DNA of 64,000 nucleotides from a candidate division TA06 bacterium (GTDB taxonomy: Bacteria; Edwardsbacteria; AC1; EtOH8). Below are positions 39,250 through 48,564 of the stretch, piece after piece. The DNA lies in assembly GCA_016235665.1 (NCBI GenBank), contig JACRJI010000012.1, positions 218,543 through 282,542 on the forward strand, given 5' to 3'. Every line of letters begins with the position of its first letter. Positions within the stretch are counted from its first letter, which is position 1. The notes beneath the pieces are model-generated. The model was given only the letters and a program-made list of their open reading frames with translations, did not search any database and had not been told where the DNA came from. The position numbers and the translations under genes are program-made.

Positions 39250-40059
39250 ATGAAGACGAGCGGGCATCATCTGAAAAAGATCATATTGACAATCTTTATC
39301 CTGACCATGGTTGTGGGATCCGGCCGGGGGCTGGGCTTTTTGGTGACCCCACCCCGCTGTGAATTGACGATGTCTTCGGGTCAAAGCCAAACCGTGATCA
39401 TAAACATAATCAATAAAGACAGCACTGCACCGCTGAGGTTAAAGGTTTCGGTCAAAGGCTGGGAGAAAGAAAAAAACGGCCAAATCACCTACTATGATCC
39501 CGCCGGCAAGAACCGTTCCTGCGGAAACTGGCTGGAGGTCAATCCCTCCGAATTCGAGATGCCGGCTGGCGGTCTTGAGGCAGCGAGGTTTACCGTTACC
39601 GTACCGGAAACGGTAAACGGTTCATATTGGGCAATAATTTTCTTTGAGAGCCAGCCAGACACAATGGTAAAAACCACCGTGGGGGTTAGGTTTGTAGGCC
39701 GGGTGGGCGTTTCGGTGTATGTCAACATCGACGGCACCCTGCAATATCAGTCGGAAATGACGGGATTATCCTATAAAAGAGGGGGATATAAAAAGCACGA
39801 GTTTAAAGTGGGAATCAAGAACGGCGGCAATGCATATTTCAGGCCCAAGGGCACAGTGGAGATCAAAGATGCCGCGGGCAAAAAGATAAATACCACACCT
39901 TTTCCCGATGACCTGGTAGTCCTTCCCGGTGCGCAGAACGACATAAAAATAATCATCAATGAAGTGATCCCACCGGGACACTACACAGCCAATATCACCA
40001 TCGACTGCGGGCAACCGGAGCTGCTGGAGGGCGAGACCTCTTTTGAGGTTGTGCCTTGA
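39250..40059 (+). CDS. Putative pilus-assembly chaperone (PapD/CooB-like two-Ig-domain protein)
   Basis: Signal peptide; VTPPRCEL, WLEVNPSEFEM, GSYWAIIFFES, RVGVSVYV and KNGGNAYFRPKG patterns. Confidence 0.7.
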   Translation: MKTSGHHLKKIILTIFILTMVVGSGRGLGFLVTPPRCELTMSSGQSQTVIINIINKDSTAPLRLKVSVKGWEKEKNGQITYYDPAGKNRSCGNWLEVNPSEFEMPAGGLEAARFTVTVPETVNGSYWAIIFFESQPDTMVKTTVGVRFVGRVGVSVYVNIDGTLQYQSEMTGLSYKRGGYKKHEFKVGIKNGGNAYFRPKGTVEIKDAAGKKINTTPFPDDLVVLPGAQNDIKIIINEVIPPGHYTANITIDCGQPELLEGETSFEVVP

Positions 40060-40129
40060 TAAGGCATTTGCTTTCAACCCGGCCCGGCCGCCTGCATCTG
40101 CCGGGCTTCCTTATTTATAAGGACTAAGC

Positions 40130-42550
40130 ATGGTCCGCTCAGTCTACATAGCGGCCTGGCTGTCGGTCCTTTTGGTGTTGGCCGGGTTTAACCAGGCCCG
40201 GGCTTATAATTTCATGAATCTGGAATACCGCGACTACCTTTATCAACCCAGCGGGCAGAGGTATTATCAGGCTTATTATCGCATTGGTTCCGACCAGACT
40301 GCCGGGGATTTTCGCACCCGGTATTTTTTGGAATTCAACGACAATGCAATCAGGGATCCGGCCTTGAACCGGATCGAGATGCAGTTCTCGGGATGGAAAT
40401 TCCTGGGGGGAAGGTGGGACGCCAGTCTGGGCGATATCACCATGTCCCCGGTCTCCCCGGGCCAGAGTTCGGTTTCCCTGCGAGGGGCCAAACTGGTGAC
40501 CGGATGGGGGCAGAAGATTTCCGCCGAAACATTCGCCGGAAGGATACCGGACCTTTATCGCCGGGCCAATTTTCCCACCTTCAATAACAATAATATCTTA
40601 ATTTCCCAAGGGATCAAGGGGATATTATCCAAACAATTTAATTTCAGGTCCAGATTTTCCTACCGCTGGGATAAAAAGGCCGAGCTGTATTACAGTTATC
40701 TTAAGGTCAGGGACCTTTACGAATGGGCCAACCGGGTGGAATGGGATCTCCGCCCAAACTTAAGGGGGCAGCACCAGCTGGCTTTAAGCCATAACCGGGA
40801 TTTTAACGGCATCCGGCATACCGATATCAGCGGAAGCAGCAATTGGGAATATTTCAACCCCTGGTTCCGCAGCTCGGCCGATTACCAATACCGGGGCCCG
40901 GGCTACATCAGTTCCGCCAACGACGGCAGCGGTTGCGGAGAAAACCAGCTGGCGTTTTCCTCCAGCTGGGTGCTGCTGAAAAAGGCCACTCTTTTAGGCA
41001 ACTACAGCCAAAAATGGGTAAAGGCTCCGGAGGACACCACCCTGTTCTGGAACCAGTTTCAGAAGTGGGGCACCGGCATTCAAACGGCGATCCCCCGATG
41101 GCCCTTGTTCAGCTATAAATTCGACCGTTATACCTGGGGATACCACCGGGGCCGGAAGACCTTTCAGGATATGGTGCAGTATACCAACAGCTTTGAACTG
41201 CAGTACAACTGGCGGCTCTATCTTTGGCGGCTGGGTTATCAGCTGCAGGAGTCCCGGGATCTCATTGCCGGAAGCCAGAGGCTCTGGCACCAGGGATCGT
41301 TGACCGGAGGTTACCGCATGGGGAGCTTTGGGCTGAACCTGGATCAAAGGGTCAGCCGTTATAACAGCCCCAAGCAATTGCAATGGTCACAGAATTTCGG
41401 TTTTGACCAGCGCTGGGGCCGGCTGCTCAACACCTCCTTCTCGGCTAACTGGTGCCAGGGCAACTCCGAAACCTACCACTGGAAGACCGAGAACTGGGGC
41501 TGGAGCCTTAAGGCTGGGACGGACCGGACCAGCGGATGGAACCTGTCGGCCGACCTCGGCCAGAACTATTATTATTATTCCGGTATGGGCCCGGTGGTCA
41601 GGAACACTAACTGGGGGTTCAAGCTTGAGCGGCGCTTTGACGGCTGGGGCCAGCTGGTGAGCCTGGGCCAGATAAACGGGCGGGTTTACGAGGACGCCAA
41701 CGGAAACATGACCTATGACAACGGCGACAAGGGTATTCCCGGAATACCGATAATGATAGACGGGAAACAGGCCGCCAAGACCGGCCGCAGCGGAGAGTAC
41801 CGGGTATTGGGGGTGGCCGCCGGCAGCCATTCGGTGAAAATGGACATTTCCCAGCTGGACGCCGGGATGGATCCCAGCATCGGGGGCCAGCGCCGGTTCA
41901 CCACCTTCGGGGTCTGGGGCCCCAGAGTGGATTTTCCCCTGGCCCCTCTCAACGAGATATATGGCAACGTTTTTTTGGATGAAAACCGCAACGGCATCCG
42001 CGATGAGGAAGATGCCGGACTGCCAGGGGTATTTGTGCTGATGGGAGACAACCGCCGGTTTACCGCCAGCGACAATGAAGGGGATTTTATCTTCCATAAT
42101 GTCCAGCCGGGAAGATACCGGGTCTTTATCGATCCCCGCTTCCTGCCCGACACACTGGCCGTGACTGGGGAGCAACAGCGTTTCATTGAAGTAGAGAACA
42201 AGAACGATGTAGGCGGCCTTTACTTCGGGATCGGCAAAAAGGTAAGGCCGGTAAGAAAGATGGTCTTCGCTCCATCCCAAGTGACGGAACCCAGTCCAAA
42301 AACCGTTCCGGTAAGACCGGGCCGGTCTAAAACCGGCCAGCCGGCCAAACAAATCTCCAAGGCTTCGGCGGAAGAGATTAAAAGGCTGTATGACCAGGGA
42401 ATCAAACAATATTCAACCGGAGATTACCAGCGCGCCATGACCACCTGGAACCAACTGCTTAGGATTGATCCCGGAAACGGCGAAGCCAGAAAAAACAGGG
42501 ACAGGACCAAAGGGAAGTTGGATGCCCTGCAGAAGATCAAAGGCCAATAG
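40130..42550 (+). CDS. Putative usher-like outer-membrane beta-barrel with two SdrD-B/prealbumin-like domains and a C-terminal TPR
   Basis: Signal peptide; about 480 aa of Y/W/F/Q/N-rich amphipathic strands; GRVYEDANGN and GNVFLDENRNG repeats; Pro/Lys linker; TPR-like helices. Confidence 0.65.
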   Translation: MVRSVYIAAWLSVLLVLAGFNQARAYNFMNLEYRDYLYQPSGQRYYQAYYRIGSDQTAGDFRTRYFLEFNDNAIRDPALNRIEMQFSGWKFLGGRWDASLGDITMSPVSPGQSSVSLRGAKLVTGWGQKISAETFAGRIPDLYRRANFPTFNNNNILISQGIKGILSKQFNFRSRFSYRWDKKAELYYSYLKVRDLYEWANRVEWDLRPNLRGQHQLALSHNRDFNGIRHTDISGSSNWEYFNPWFRSSADYQYRGPGYISSANDGSGCGENQLAFSSSWVLLKKATLLGNYSQKWVKAPEDTTLFWNQFQKWGTGIQTAIPRWPLFSYKFDRYTWGYHRGRKTFQDMVQYTNSFELQYNWRLYLWRLGYQLQESRDLIAGSQRLWHQGSLTGGYRMGSFGLNLDQRVSRYNSPKQLQWSQNFGFDQRWGRLLNTSFSANWCQGNSETYHWKTENWGWSLKAGTDRTSGWNLSADLGQNYYYYSGMGPVVRNTNWGFKLERRFDGWGQLVSLGQINGRVYEDANGNMTYDNGDKGIPGIPIMIDGKQAAKTGRSGEYRVLGVAAGSHSVKMDISQLDAGMDPSIGGQRRFTTFGVWGPRVDFPLAPLNEIYGNVFLDENRNGIRDEEDAGLPGVFVLMGDNRRFTASDNEGDFIFHNVQPGRYRVFIDPRFLPDTLAVTGEQQRFIEVENKNDVGGLYFGIGKKVRPVRKMVFAPSQVTEPSPKTVPVRPGRSKTGQPAKQISKASAEEIKRLYDQGIKQYSTGDYQRAMTTWNQLLRIDPGNGEARKNRDRTKGKLDALQKIKGQ

Positions 42551-42575
42551 CATGAATAGAACATCAAGAAAAAGT

Positions 42576-43661
42576 ATGAACCGCATTTTATTTGCCATAG
42601 TATTTTCAGCCATGATGATCCAACTGGCCGCCGAGGTTCCGGCTCAGGCCACGCCCGGCCTGATGGCCTGGCCCAGTAAGATCGATCTATCGGTCAAGGC
42701 TGGCGGTGCCAAGACCGGTTATGTAAATGTGCAGAACCAGGGTTTGAACAAAGTGCGGCTAAAGGTTAACATAATGAACTGCCGGATGTCCGAGGATGGG
42801 GCGATAATTTACACCAACAAGAACGTCTCATTCGGCTGCAGCCAATGGCTGAAGGTTGAGCCGGCGGAATTCAGCCTTTCACCCCGGGCCAGCCAGCAGG
42901 TACTATACTCCATAGAAGTCCCCCAGAGCGCCCAGGGCACCTATATGGCGGTGATTCTTTTTGAGACCAATGTTTCAAACGGCGACTATCAGAACCTGCC
43001 TGGTGCGCTGGTAGTTGAGAATGTGCCGGGAACGGGCCAGAAAAGGGCAGACCTGACGGAGCTTTCCTTTCAAAAAGGCATTGACGGGGGAAACGCCAAT
43101 GCAGTGCTGGGGATCAGCAACTCCGGGTCTATGATATGCAATCCCACCGGCACACTGGAGGTCACCGATCTCAAACGGGGCGGTAAGACGAACTTTGCCA
43201 TCAACCGGGAAAATGAACCAGTGCTGCCAGCCTCTATGCGACGCTTCCGTATCCCGCTGGAAGGGCTGTATAACGGCCAGTATAAAGTGCTGGCGGTGGT
43301 GGACTATCAGGGCAGCGAGATACTGCAGGGCGAGGCCACGGTGACCATCAATGCCGGAGAGCTTATATCCCAAAGCAACCGGATGGCCACCGGCCGGGCC
43401 AAGGGAGGAGACCCGGCATCGTCCGAAGGACAAAAGAAGACTGCCGGGCCGGCCGAGCCGAAATCCTCTTCTTCGCTTTCTTCCGCCGAGATCGAGTCCC
43501 TGAACCGGGAGGCGGTGAAATTATATTCCGATGGGGATTATGAAAAAGCTTTAGCCCAGTGGCAGAAAGTGCTGCGGGCCGATCCAGGTCACAACGGAGC
43601 AAAGAACGGGGCCGAACGCGCCCGGAAGAAAATTGAAGCCTTGAAGAAGGCCAGGGGATAA
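42576..43661 (+). CDS. Second chaperone-like protein with C-terminal TPR
   Basis: Paralog of 39250-40059 (WPSKIDL, WLKVEPAEF, GTYMAVILFET, ISNSGS..CNPTG) plus a TPR tail. Start is ATG 42576 or 42552. Confidence 0.65.
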   Translation: MNRILFAIVFSAMMIQLAAEVPAQATPGLMAWPSKIDLSVKAGGAKTGYVNVQNQGLNKVRLKVNIMNCRMSEDGAIIYTNKNVSFGCSQWLKVEPAEFSLSPRASQQVLYSIEVPQSAQGTYMAVILFETNVSNGDYQNLPGALVVENVPGTGQKRADLTELSFQKGIDGGNANAVLGISNSGSMICNPTGTLEVTDLKRGGKTNFAINRENEPVLPASMRRFRIPLEGLYNGQYKVLAVVDYQGSEILQGEATVTINAGELISQSNRMATGRAKGGDPASSEGQKKTAGPAEPKSSSSLSSAEIESLNREAVKLYSDGDYEKALAQWQKVLRADPGHNGAKNGAERARKKIEALKKARG

Positions 43662-43686
43662 CAGATACTGAGGGCTAATGGTAGAA

Positions 43687-43717
43687 AAAAACCGGTTTGC
43701 AATGCAAACCGGTTTTT
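43687..43717. terminator. Bidirectional terminator closing the pilus locus
   Basis: AAAAACCGGTTTGC-AAT-GCAAACCGGTTTTT. Confidence 0.88.
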
Positions 43718-43732
43718 CATATTGGCAGCGAA

Positions 43733-45796
43733 TTACCGCAACAAAAGCACTTTATGCACCAATCGTTCATCTTTGGTTTGCAGCCGCAAAAAATAAACGC
43801 CATTGGGCAGTCTCCTTCCGCCGTCGCCGGTTCCATTCCAAAGGAAAGGATGTATGCCGCTGGTCATCCGGCTGACAGGCATAATCGATCTGACCTGCTG
43901 CCCTGAGATGTTGTAGACCGAGAGGCTGGCCGGACCTGGTTTAGTCAACTGTATATTGATCATTGTTCGTTGGCTGAACGGATTGGGGGCGGTACTGAGA
44001 GACATTCTGCCGGTCAAAATATCACCGGATATATCATTGCCTTCAACCCCGGTAGGGGAGTTAAGGATTGCCGTGACCGAATCACGGACAGTGCCCGTTT
44101 GATCGAACACTTTCACCAACGCCCGGTAGGTTAGGCTGCTGTCCAATCCGGCGTTATTAAAGATCAACCGGATGCTGTCGCTGTCCGGCGGGGTAAAACT
44201 GCCGCTGGTTTTGGATAAGGTCAGCCAGGGCGCATTGTGGGGGCGGATATCATACCCTACCAGCCGGTCGGTTGCATCCTGCAGCAGGCCCAGCAGGATG
44301 CCCCGCCCCGGCACCAAACCGGTGCTGAAGGTGGCGCCTCCAGCGCAGGCGTTGGCCGGGTCGGCGGCCTGGCACTGGAACGAAACTCCGGTATAACTGC
44401 CGGAGGAAGGGTCTAACTGGCTGGCTTGAACCTGGGGAAATCCATCCTGGCTGAAGACCCAGAGCCAGGGGCCGTCGGGAGCGGTGGCATCCAGGGCCAG
44501 GCCGAAGATGTTCTTGCTGTTGGGCCAGGAGTTTGCCAGGCTTCCGTCGCGGTTTACCAGGCGGATATCATCGGAATAATTGGCGGTATAAAAACAGTCG
44601 GCCGCCGGATCATAAGCAAGTCCCCGGCAGGGGCTGGTATGGGCGTATATCTTCAATCCGGTGGGCGCACCGCTGGCAGTGTCTATCTGTTCTATCGAAT
44701 CGCCGGAAGCTGCGTAAAGGTAAGAGCCGTCAAAACACAGATCGCGCCAGCCCCAGCCGTTTCCGGAAGGCTGGGGATAGCTGGCCAGCAGGGAGCCGCT
44801 TTTATCAAGCTTGTAAAGATAATTGGGATCGGAGGCGGGATCGCTGGCCGCTCCAGACACCCACAAATTAGTGCCGTCGTATTCCACCCCCAGGCAAAGG
44901 TTGTCGCCGGTGAGGCCGCTTACCTCCAGACCCCAAAGGGAATCGGAGAACGATTTGCTTTTAGCCGTCTGCTCCGGCCATTCCACAGTATATTGCAGGT
45001 CCCTGGTTCCGCCTATCTCCAAATGAAGGTATTGGGTGGAATCGATCGAATTCGGGGACAGGAGAACGCTGACCGATTCCGCCGGGTTCAAAACTACCGC
45101 GGGGTAGCCGAGGGAAAAGTTCACCGCTATTGTCGCACCTACCGTGAGGCTGACGGCGGTCACCACGGAGTCAAAGTAACCCGCCTTGCCGGCCGTAATG
45201 GTATAGCTGCCGACGGGGGCCGAGGGGAAAGCGTAATTGCCGGAAACAGAAGTATCTGACAGAAATACACCCGCGCTGGCGGCGGTGATGACCGCCCCGT
45301 CCAGGGGGATGCCCCCGGCGTTGTCATCAGTGACAAAACCCTCGATCCGGCCGGTATATTCAAAGGTGGTGAACTCCTGCTGCAGGGTGTCGTTGAAAGG
45401 GACTTCGTCCCCGGCCAGGACCAGGCAAGCCGTGGCGGTATACTTCATCAGCGATTCCGGAGCGAAGGAGGTCCCTAAAACAAGCTGCTTTCCAGAACCC
45501 GGGGCCAGGCTGTCGGTCATCATCAGGGAATCGAAATAGACCCTTTGGGCCAGGCTGTCCTCTATGGCAAAGTAAGCCCAAACGCTGTCCTCGTAATAAA
45601 TGCCAAAATTCTCCAAAGTGAAGGCCGGGTAAAAGGGCATTCCCGGCGGCACCAAAAGGTCGGCCGGAGTATCGATGGAAACGACTGCCAGGTCGTGTTC
45701 CACCCCCGGCCCGTAATTGTCCTGCCGGATTACTGCGGCCGGAGATAGTGATGAGGCTGCGGCCGCCAGCATAATAAGGATAAGAAAGTTTCTCAT
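43733..45796 (-). CDS. Secreted protein: CARDB-like, carboxypeptidase-regulatory-like and beta-propeller-like regions, C-terminal FlgD-Ig domain
   Basis: Signal peptide from ATG 45796 (MRNFLILIML); GRIEGFVTD...GSYTITAGKAGY; APNPFS...YNISGQQV...WNG...NGVYFLRL. Confidence 0.75.
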   Translation of the reverse strand: MRNFLILIMLAAAASSLSPAAVIRQDNYGPGVEHDLAVVSIDTPADLLVPPGMPFYPAFTLENFGIYYEDSVWAYFAIEDSLAQRVYFDSLMMTDSLAPGSGKQLVLGTSFAPESLMKYTATACLVLAGDEVPFNDTLQQEFTTFEYTGRIEGFVTDDNAGGIPLDGAVITAASAGVFLSDTSVSGNYAFPSAPVGSYTITAGKAGYFDSVVTAVSLTVGATIAVNFSLGYPAVVLNPAESVSVLLSPNSIDSTQYLHLEIGGTRDLQYTVEWPEQTAKSKSFSDSLWGLEVSGLTGDNLCLGVEYDGTNLWVSGAASDPASDPNYLYKLDKSGSLLASYPQPSGNGWGWRDLCFDGSYLYAASGDSIEQIDTASGAPTGLKIYAHTSPCRGLAYDPAADCFYTANYSDDIRLVNRDGSLANSWPNSKNIFGLALDATAPDGPWLWVFSQDGFPQVQASQLDPSSGSYTGVSFQCQAADPANACAGGATFSTGLVPGRGILLGLLQDATDRLVGYDIRPHNAPWLTLSKTSGSFTPPDSDSIRLIFNNAGLDSSLTYRALVKVFDQTGTVRDSVTAILNSPTGVEGNDISGDILTGRMSLSTAPNPFSQRTMINIQLTKPGPASLSVYNISGQQVRSIMPVSRMTSGIHPFLWNGTGDGGRRLPNGVYFLRLQTKDERLVHKVLLLR

Positions 45797-45834
45797 TTTT
45801 CTAATGGTAAAATTAAAGGGAATCATTGGAAACC

Positions 45835-45863
45835 AATATACAATACAAATAACACTTTGTCAA
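45835..45863 (-). promoter_or_regulatory. sigma70 promoter of the 43733-45796 gene
   Basis: Minus strand TTGACA (45863-45858), 17 bp, TATATT (45840-45835). Confidence 0.65.
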
Positions 45864-45906
45864 TCGTGAATAGTGTTGCGGTGGTGATCACCCAGCCATG
45901 TCAGTT

Positions 45907-47670
45907 TTAACTGAGGCTGGCCAGGGGGATATTGATCCAGAAACGGCTGCCTTTTCCCAAAACGCTTTCGGCTCCGGCACTTCCCCCGTGAAGCTCGGCG
46001 ATGTGTTTGACGATGGCCAGTCCCAGGCCGGTACCGCCCATTTCCCTGGACCGGGCCCGGTCCACCCGGTAGAACCGCTCGAACAGGCGGGGCAGGTTTT
46101 CCCGGCTGATGCCGGGGCCGTCGTCGGATACCGTCAGTATCAGGGCATTTTCCCGGATCTCGGCCGCCAGGTCTATCCGGCTGTTTGGGGGCGAGTACTT
46201 GACGGCATTGTCCAACAGGTTGCCCAGGGCCGAGAACATCTTATCGGGATCTATCTGGACTGGCTGCTGACCGGTCCGGTCATCGGTATGAACCAGATGG
46301 CTCTTTTCGGCGATCCGGGGTTTTAGATTATCAACGGTCCGTTCCAGCAGGGGGCCTACAATAGAGGGGATCTTATTGAGGGTGTAATTACCCGACTCAA
46401 TGGCTGAGAGTTCCAGCAGGTCGTTAACCAATTTGCTCATCCGCAGTGATTGGGTGTGGATCCGGTTAAGAAAATCCTCCAGCTGTTCCCGGTTGTTCAG
46501 GGCGCCGTCCAGCAGGGCTTCGGAAAAACCATTGATGGCCGAAAGCGGGGTCTTGAGCTCATGGGAAACGTTGGCCACGAAATCCTTGCGGATCCGTTCC
46601 AGCATCTTCAGCCGGGTGATGTCAGAAGACACCAACACCCAGCCCCGGGGGCCGTCCTGGTTCCTGATGGCGGCTATCCGGACGATGTAATATCTTTTTT
46701 CCCACTCCAACTCGATCCATTCCCGCTGTTCCTTTATCAGCTGCTCCATGATGGGGCTGCGGATGGCCTCCAAAAGCAAGCGGCCTAAAGCCTGCCGTGG
46801 GTCCAGCCCAAACATTTCGGCGGCGGCATGGTTCACCATCCTGATCACCTGACGCTGGTCCAGGGTTATCACCCCTTCGCTCATTCCCTCCAGCACCGCG
46901 GCCAGGTTGCTTTTTTGCTCGGACAGGTCGTTGACCGTGCCTTCCCAGGACTGGGCTAGCTGGTTAAGGGTCCGGGCTACCAGGGCCGTCTCCCGGCTGC
47001 CTCTGGTCATGGGCGCCCGGGCTTTCAGATCGCCGGATGAAAGCCGGCAGGCGGTCTGTTCAACATCCCTGATGGCCTCGATCTCGGGGTGCCAGGCCAG
47101 GCTGACCAGCAGCCAAAGCAGGGCCGCGCTCAGAACCAGCCCGATGATTACCCCCGCCAGCAGGTGTCTCTGGTAATTTATCAAACCCTCCCAGGGCCAG
47201 GCTATCCGGCAATAACCCCACAGAGTGTTTCCCCGTATGATCGGAACGGCAAAATAGATCATCTCCACTTTAAGGCTCCGGCTGTACCGCACCGTATGGC
47301 CCTGGCCTTTTTGTCTGGCCTGGGCGACCTCCGGCCGCCCCAGATGGTTGTCCATGGCCTTTAGCCCGGCAGCATCCTCATCCGAATCGCCCAGCACCCG
47401 GCCCAGGCTGTCGATGACGGTCACCCGTTTGGCCAGGGCTGCGGCCTGGACCTGGGCCAGGGAATCAATGTTGGCTCCCGGGTCATCCGCCAGCTTTTGG
47501 GAGATCACGGAACTTATCAGCTGGGCCTGTCCCTGCAGCCCGTCCAGGGCCAGGCTCAGCAGGTGCTGCCGGGTGTTGAAATAAAGGTAAAGGGAGAATC
47601 CGCTCAACACCACCAGGACCGAGACCAGTCCGGCCGAGGCCAGTTTTATTTTAAGGCTGGGGTGCTTCAT
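45907..47670 (-). CDS. phoR: PhoR-like sensor histidine kinase (TM-HAMP-PAS-HisKA-HATPase)
   Basis: DNHLGRPEV periplasmic motif, FVANVSHELKTPL, NLLDNAVKYS, FERFYRVDRARSR and GTGLGL motifs. Confidence 0.92.
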   Translation of the reverse strand: MKHPSLKIKLASAGLVSVLVVLSGFSLYLYFNTRQHLLSLALDGLQGQAQLISSVISQKLADDPGANIDSLAQVQAAALAKRVTVIDSLGRVLGDSDEDAAGLKAMDNHLGRPEVAQARQKGQGHTVRYSRSLKVEMIYFAVPIIRGNTLWGYCRIAWPWEGLINYQRHLLAGVIIGLVLSAALLWLLVSLAWHPEIEAIRDVEQTACRLSSGDLKARAPMTRGSRETALVARTLNQLAQSWEGTVNDLSEQKSNLAAVLEGMSEGVITLDQRQVIRMVNHAAAEMFGLDPRQALGRLLLEAIRSPIMEQLIKEQREWIELEWEKRYYIVRIAAIRNQDGPRGWVLVSSDITRLKMLERIRKDFVANVSHELKTPLSAINGFSEALLDGALNNREQLEDFLNRIHTQSLRMSKLVNDLLELSAIESGNYTLNKIPSIVGPLLERTVDNLKPRIAEKSHLVHTDDRTGQQPVQIDPDKMFSALGNLLDNAVKYSPPNSRIDLAAEIRENALILTVSDDGPGISRENLPRLFERFYRVDRARSREMGGTGLGLAIVKHIAELHGGSAGAESVLGKGSRFWINIPLASLS

Positions 47671-48353
47671 TCTTCCTCTTTAAGTTTGTATCCGAAGGAT
47701 TTGACCGTCAGGATGGCCGCGTCCAGCAGGGGGATCTTTTTCCTCAGATGCCGGATATGGACGTCCACCGTCCGGTTGCCGCCGTAGTAGTCCTGGCCCC
47801 AGACGGCATTGAGGATCTGGTCCCGGGAGAGCACCCGGCCGGGGCGCTTTAGCAGGTACTCCAGCAGGCCGAATTCCTTGGCGGTCAGTTCCACTGCCTT
47901 TTTGCTGACGCTGACCAGGTGGCGTTCTCCGTCCAGGATTATCTTTCCGTAATTCAATACTGCCTTGGCTTCCTCCGGGGGCTGGTTGCGGCGGAAGACG
48001 GCCCGGATCCGGGCCATCAGTTCCTTGGGGCTGAAAGGCTTGGTCAGGTAGTCGTCGGCCCCCATCTCCAGGCCCACAATCTTGTCTGTCTCCTCTGCTT
48101 TGGCGGTCAGCATGATGATGGGCAGCCTTTTGGTGGCCGGCTCGGAACGGAGGATCCGGCAAAGTTCCAGGCCGTCCATCCCGGGCAGCATCAGGTCCAG
48201 CACCAGCAGGTCCGGGGGCTGGCGGTGGATGCGCTCCAGGGCCCGTTGGCCGTCGGAAATGGACTCGGACCTGAAGCCGTCCTTTTTCAGATAATGCTCC
48301 ACCAGGTCGGCGATGTCCCGCTCGTCCTCCACTATATAAATAAGCTTGCTCAT
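47667..48353 (-). CDS. phoB: PhoB/PhoP-like OmpR-family response regulator
   Basis: VEDE, LDLMLP, MLTAK, DYLTKPF and RTVDVHIR motifs; overlaps phoR by 4 bp. Confidence 0.92.
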   Translation of the reverse strand: MSKLIYIVEDERDIADLVEHYLKKDGFRSESISDGQRALERIHRQPPDLLVLDLMLPGMDGLELCRILRSEPATKRLPIIMLTAKAEETDKIVGLEMGADDYLTKPFSPKELMARIRAVFRRNQPPEEAKAVLNYGKIILDGERHLVSVSKKAVELTAKEFGLLEYLLKRPGRVLSRDQILNAVWGQDYYGGNRTVDVHIRHLRKKIPLLDAAILTVKSFGYKLKEEE

Positions 48354-48425
48354 ATTCCCCCCGGTTAAAATTGTTTTTTGAAAACCGCTATATGATAATG
48401 ATAATAAAAAACAGGGCCATTGTAA

Positions 48426-48453
48426 AGTGAAAAAGAGGTGAAGGCAATGTTAA
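48426..48453 (-). promoter_or_regulatory. Candidate Pho box array for phoBR
   Basis: Minus-strand TTAACA, TTCACC, TTCACT at exactly 11-bp spacing (48453, 48442, 48431). Confidence 0.5.
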
Positions 48454-48480
48454 GGGGTGGTTAATTTCCCGCCAAACCAT

Positions 48481-48497
48481 TTTACATTAAATTAACA
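48481..48497 (+). promoter_or_regulatory. Candidate Pho box upstream of the small ORF and PHP gene
   Basis: TTTACA (48481) and TTAACA (48492), 11 bp apart. Confidence 0.6.
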
Positions 48498-48564
48498 TAA
48501 GCCATACGGGGAAGAAACGCAGCCGGGTTATATTTGCTCCGTAAACTTAAAAGGGATGGTCGGG

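Noticed and set aside
33458-43717. Active integrative element or prophage at tRNA-Val
   Set aside because: No integrase or phage genes, and I noticed no duplicate of the tRNA 3' end in the window; only the short AT-rich patch hints at an old island.
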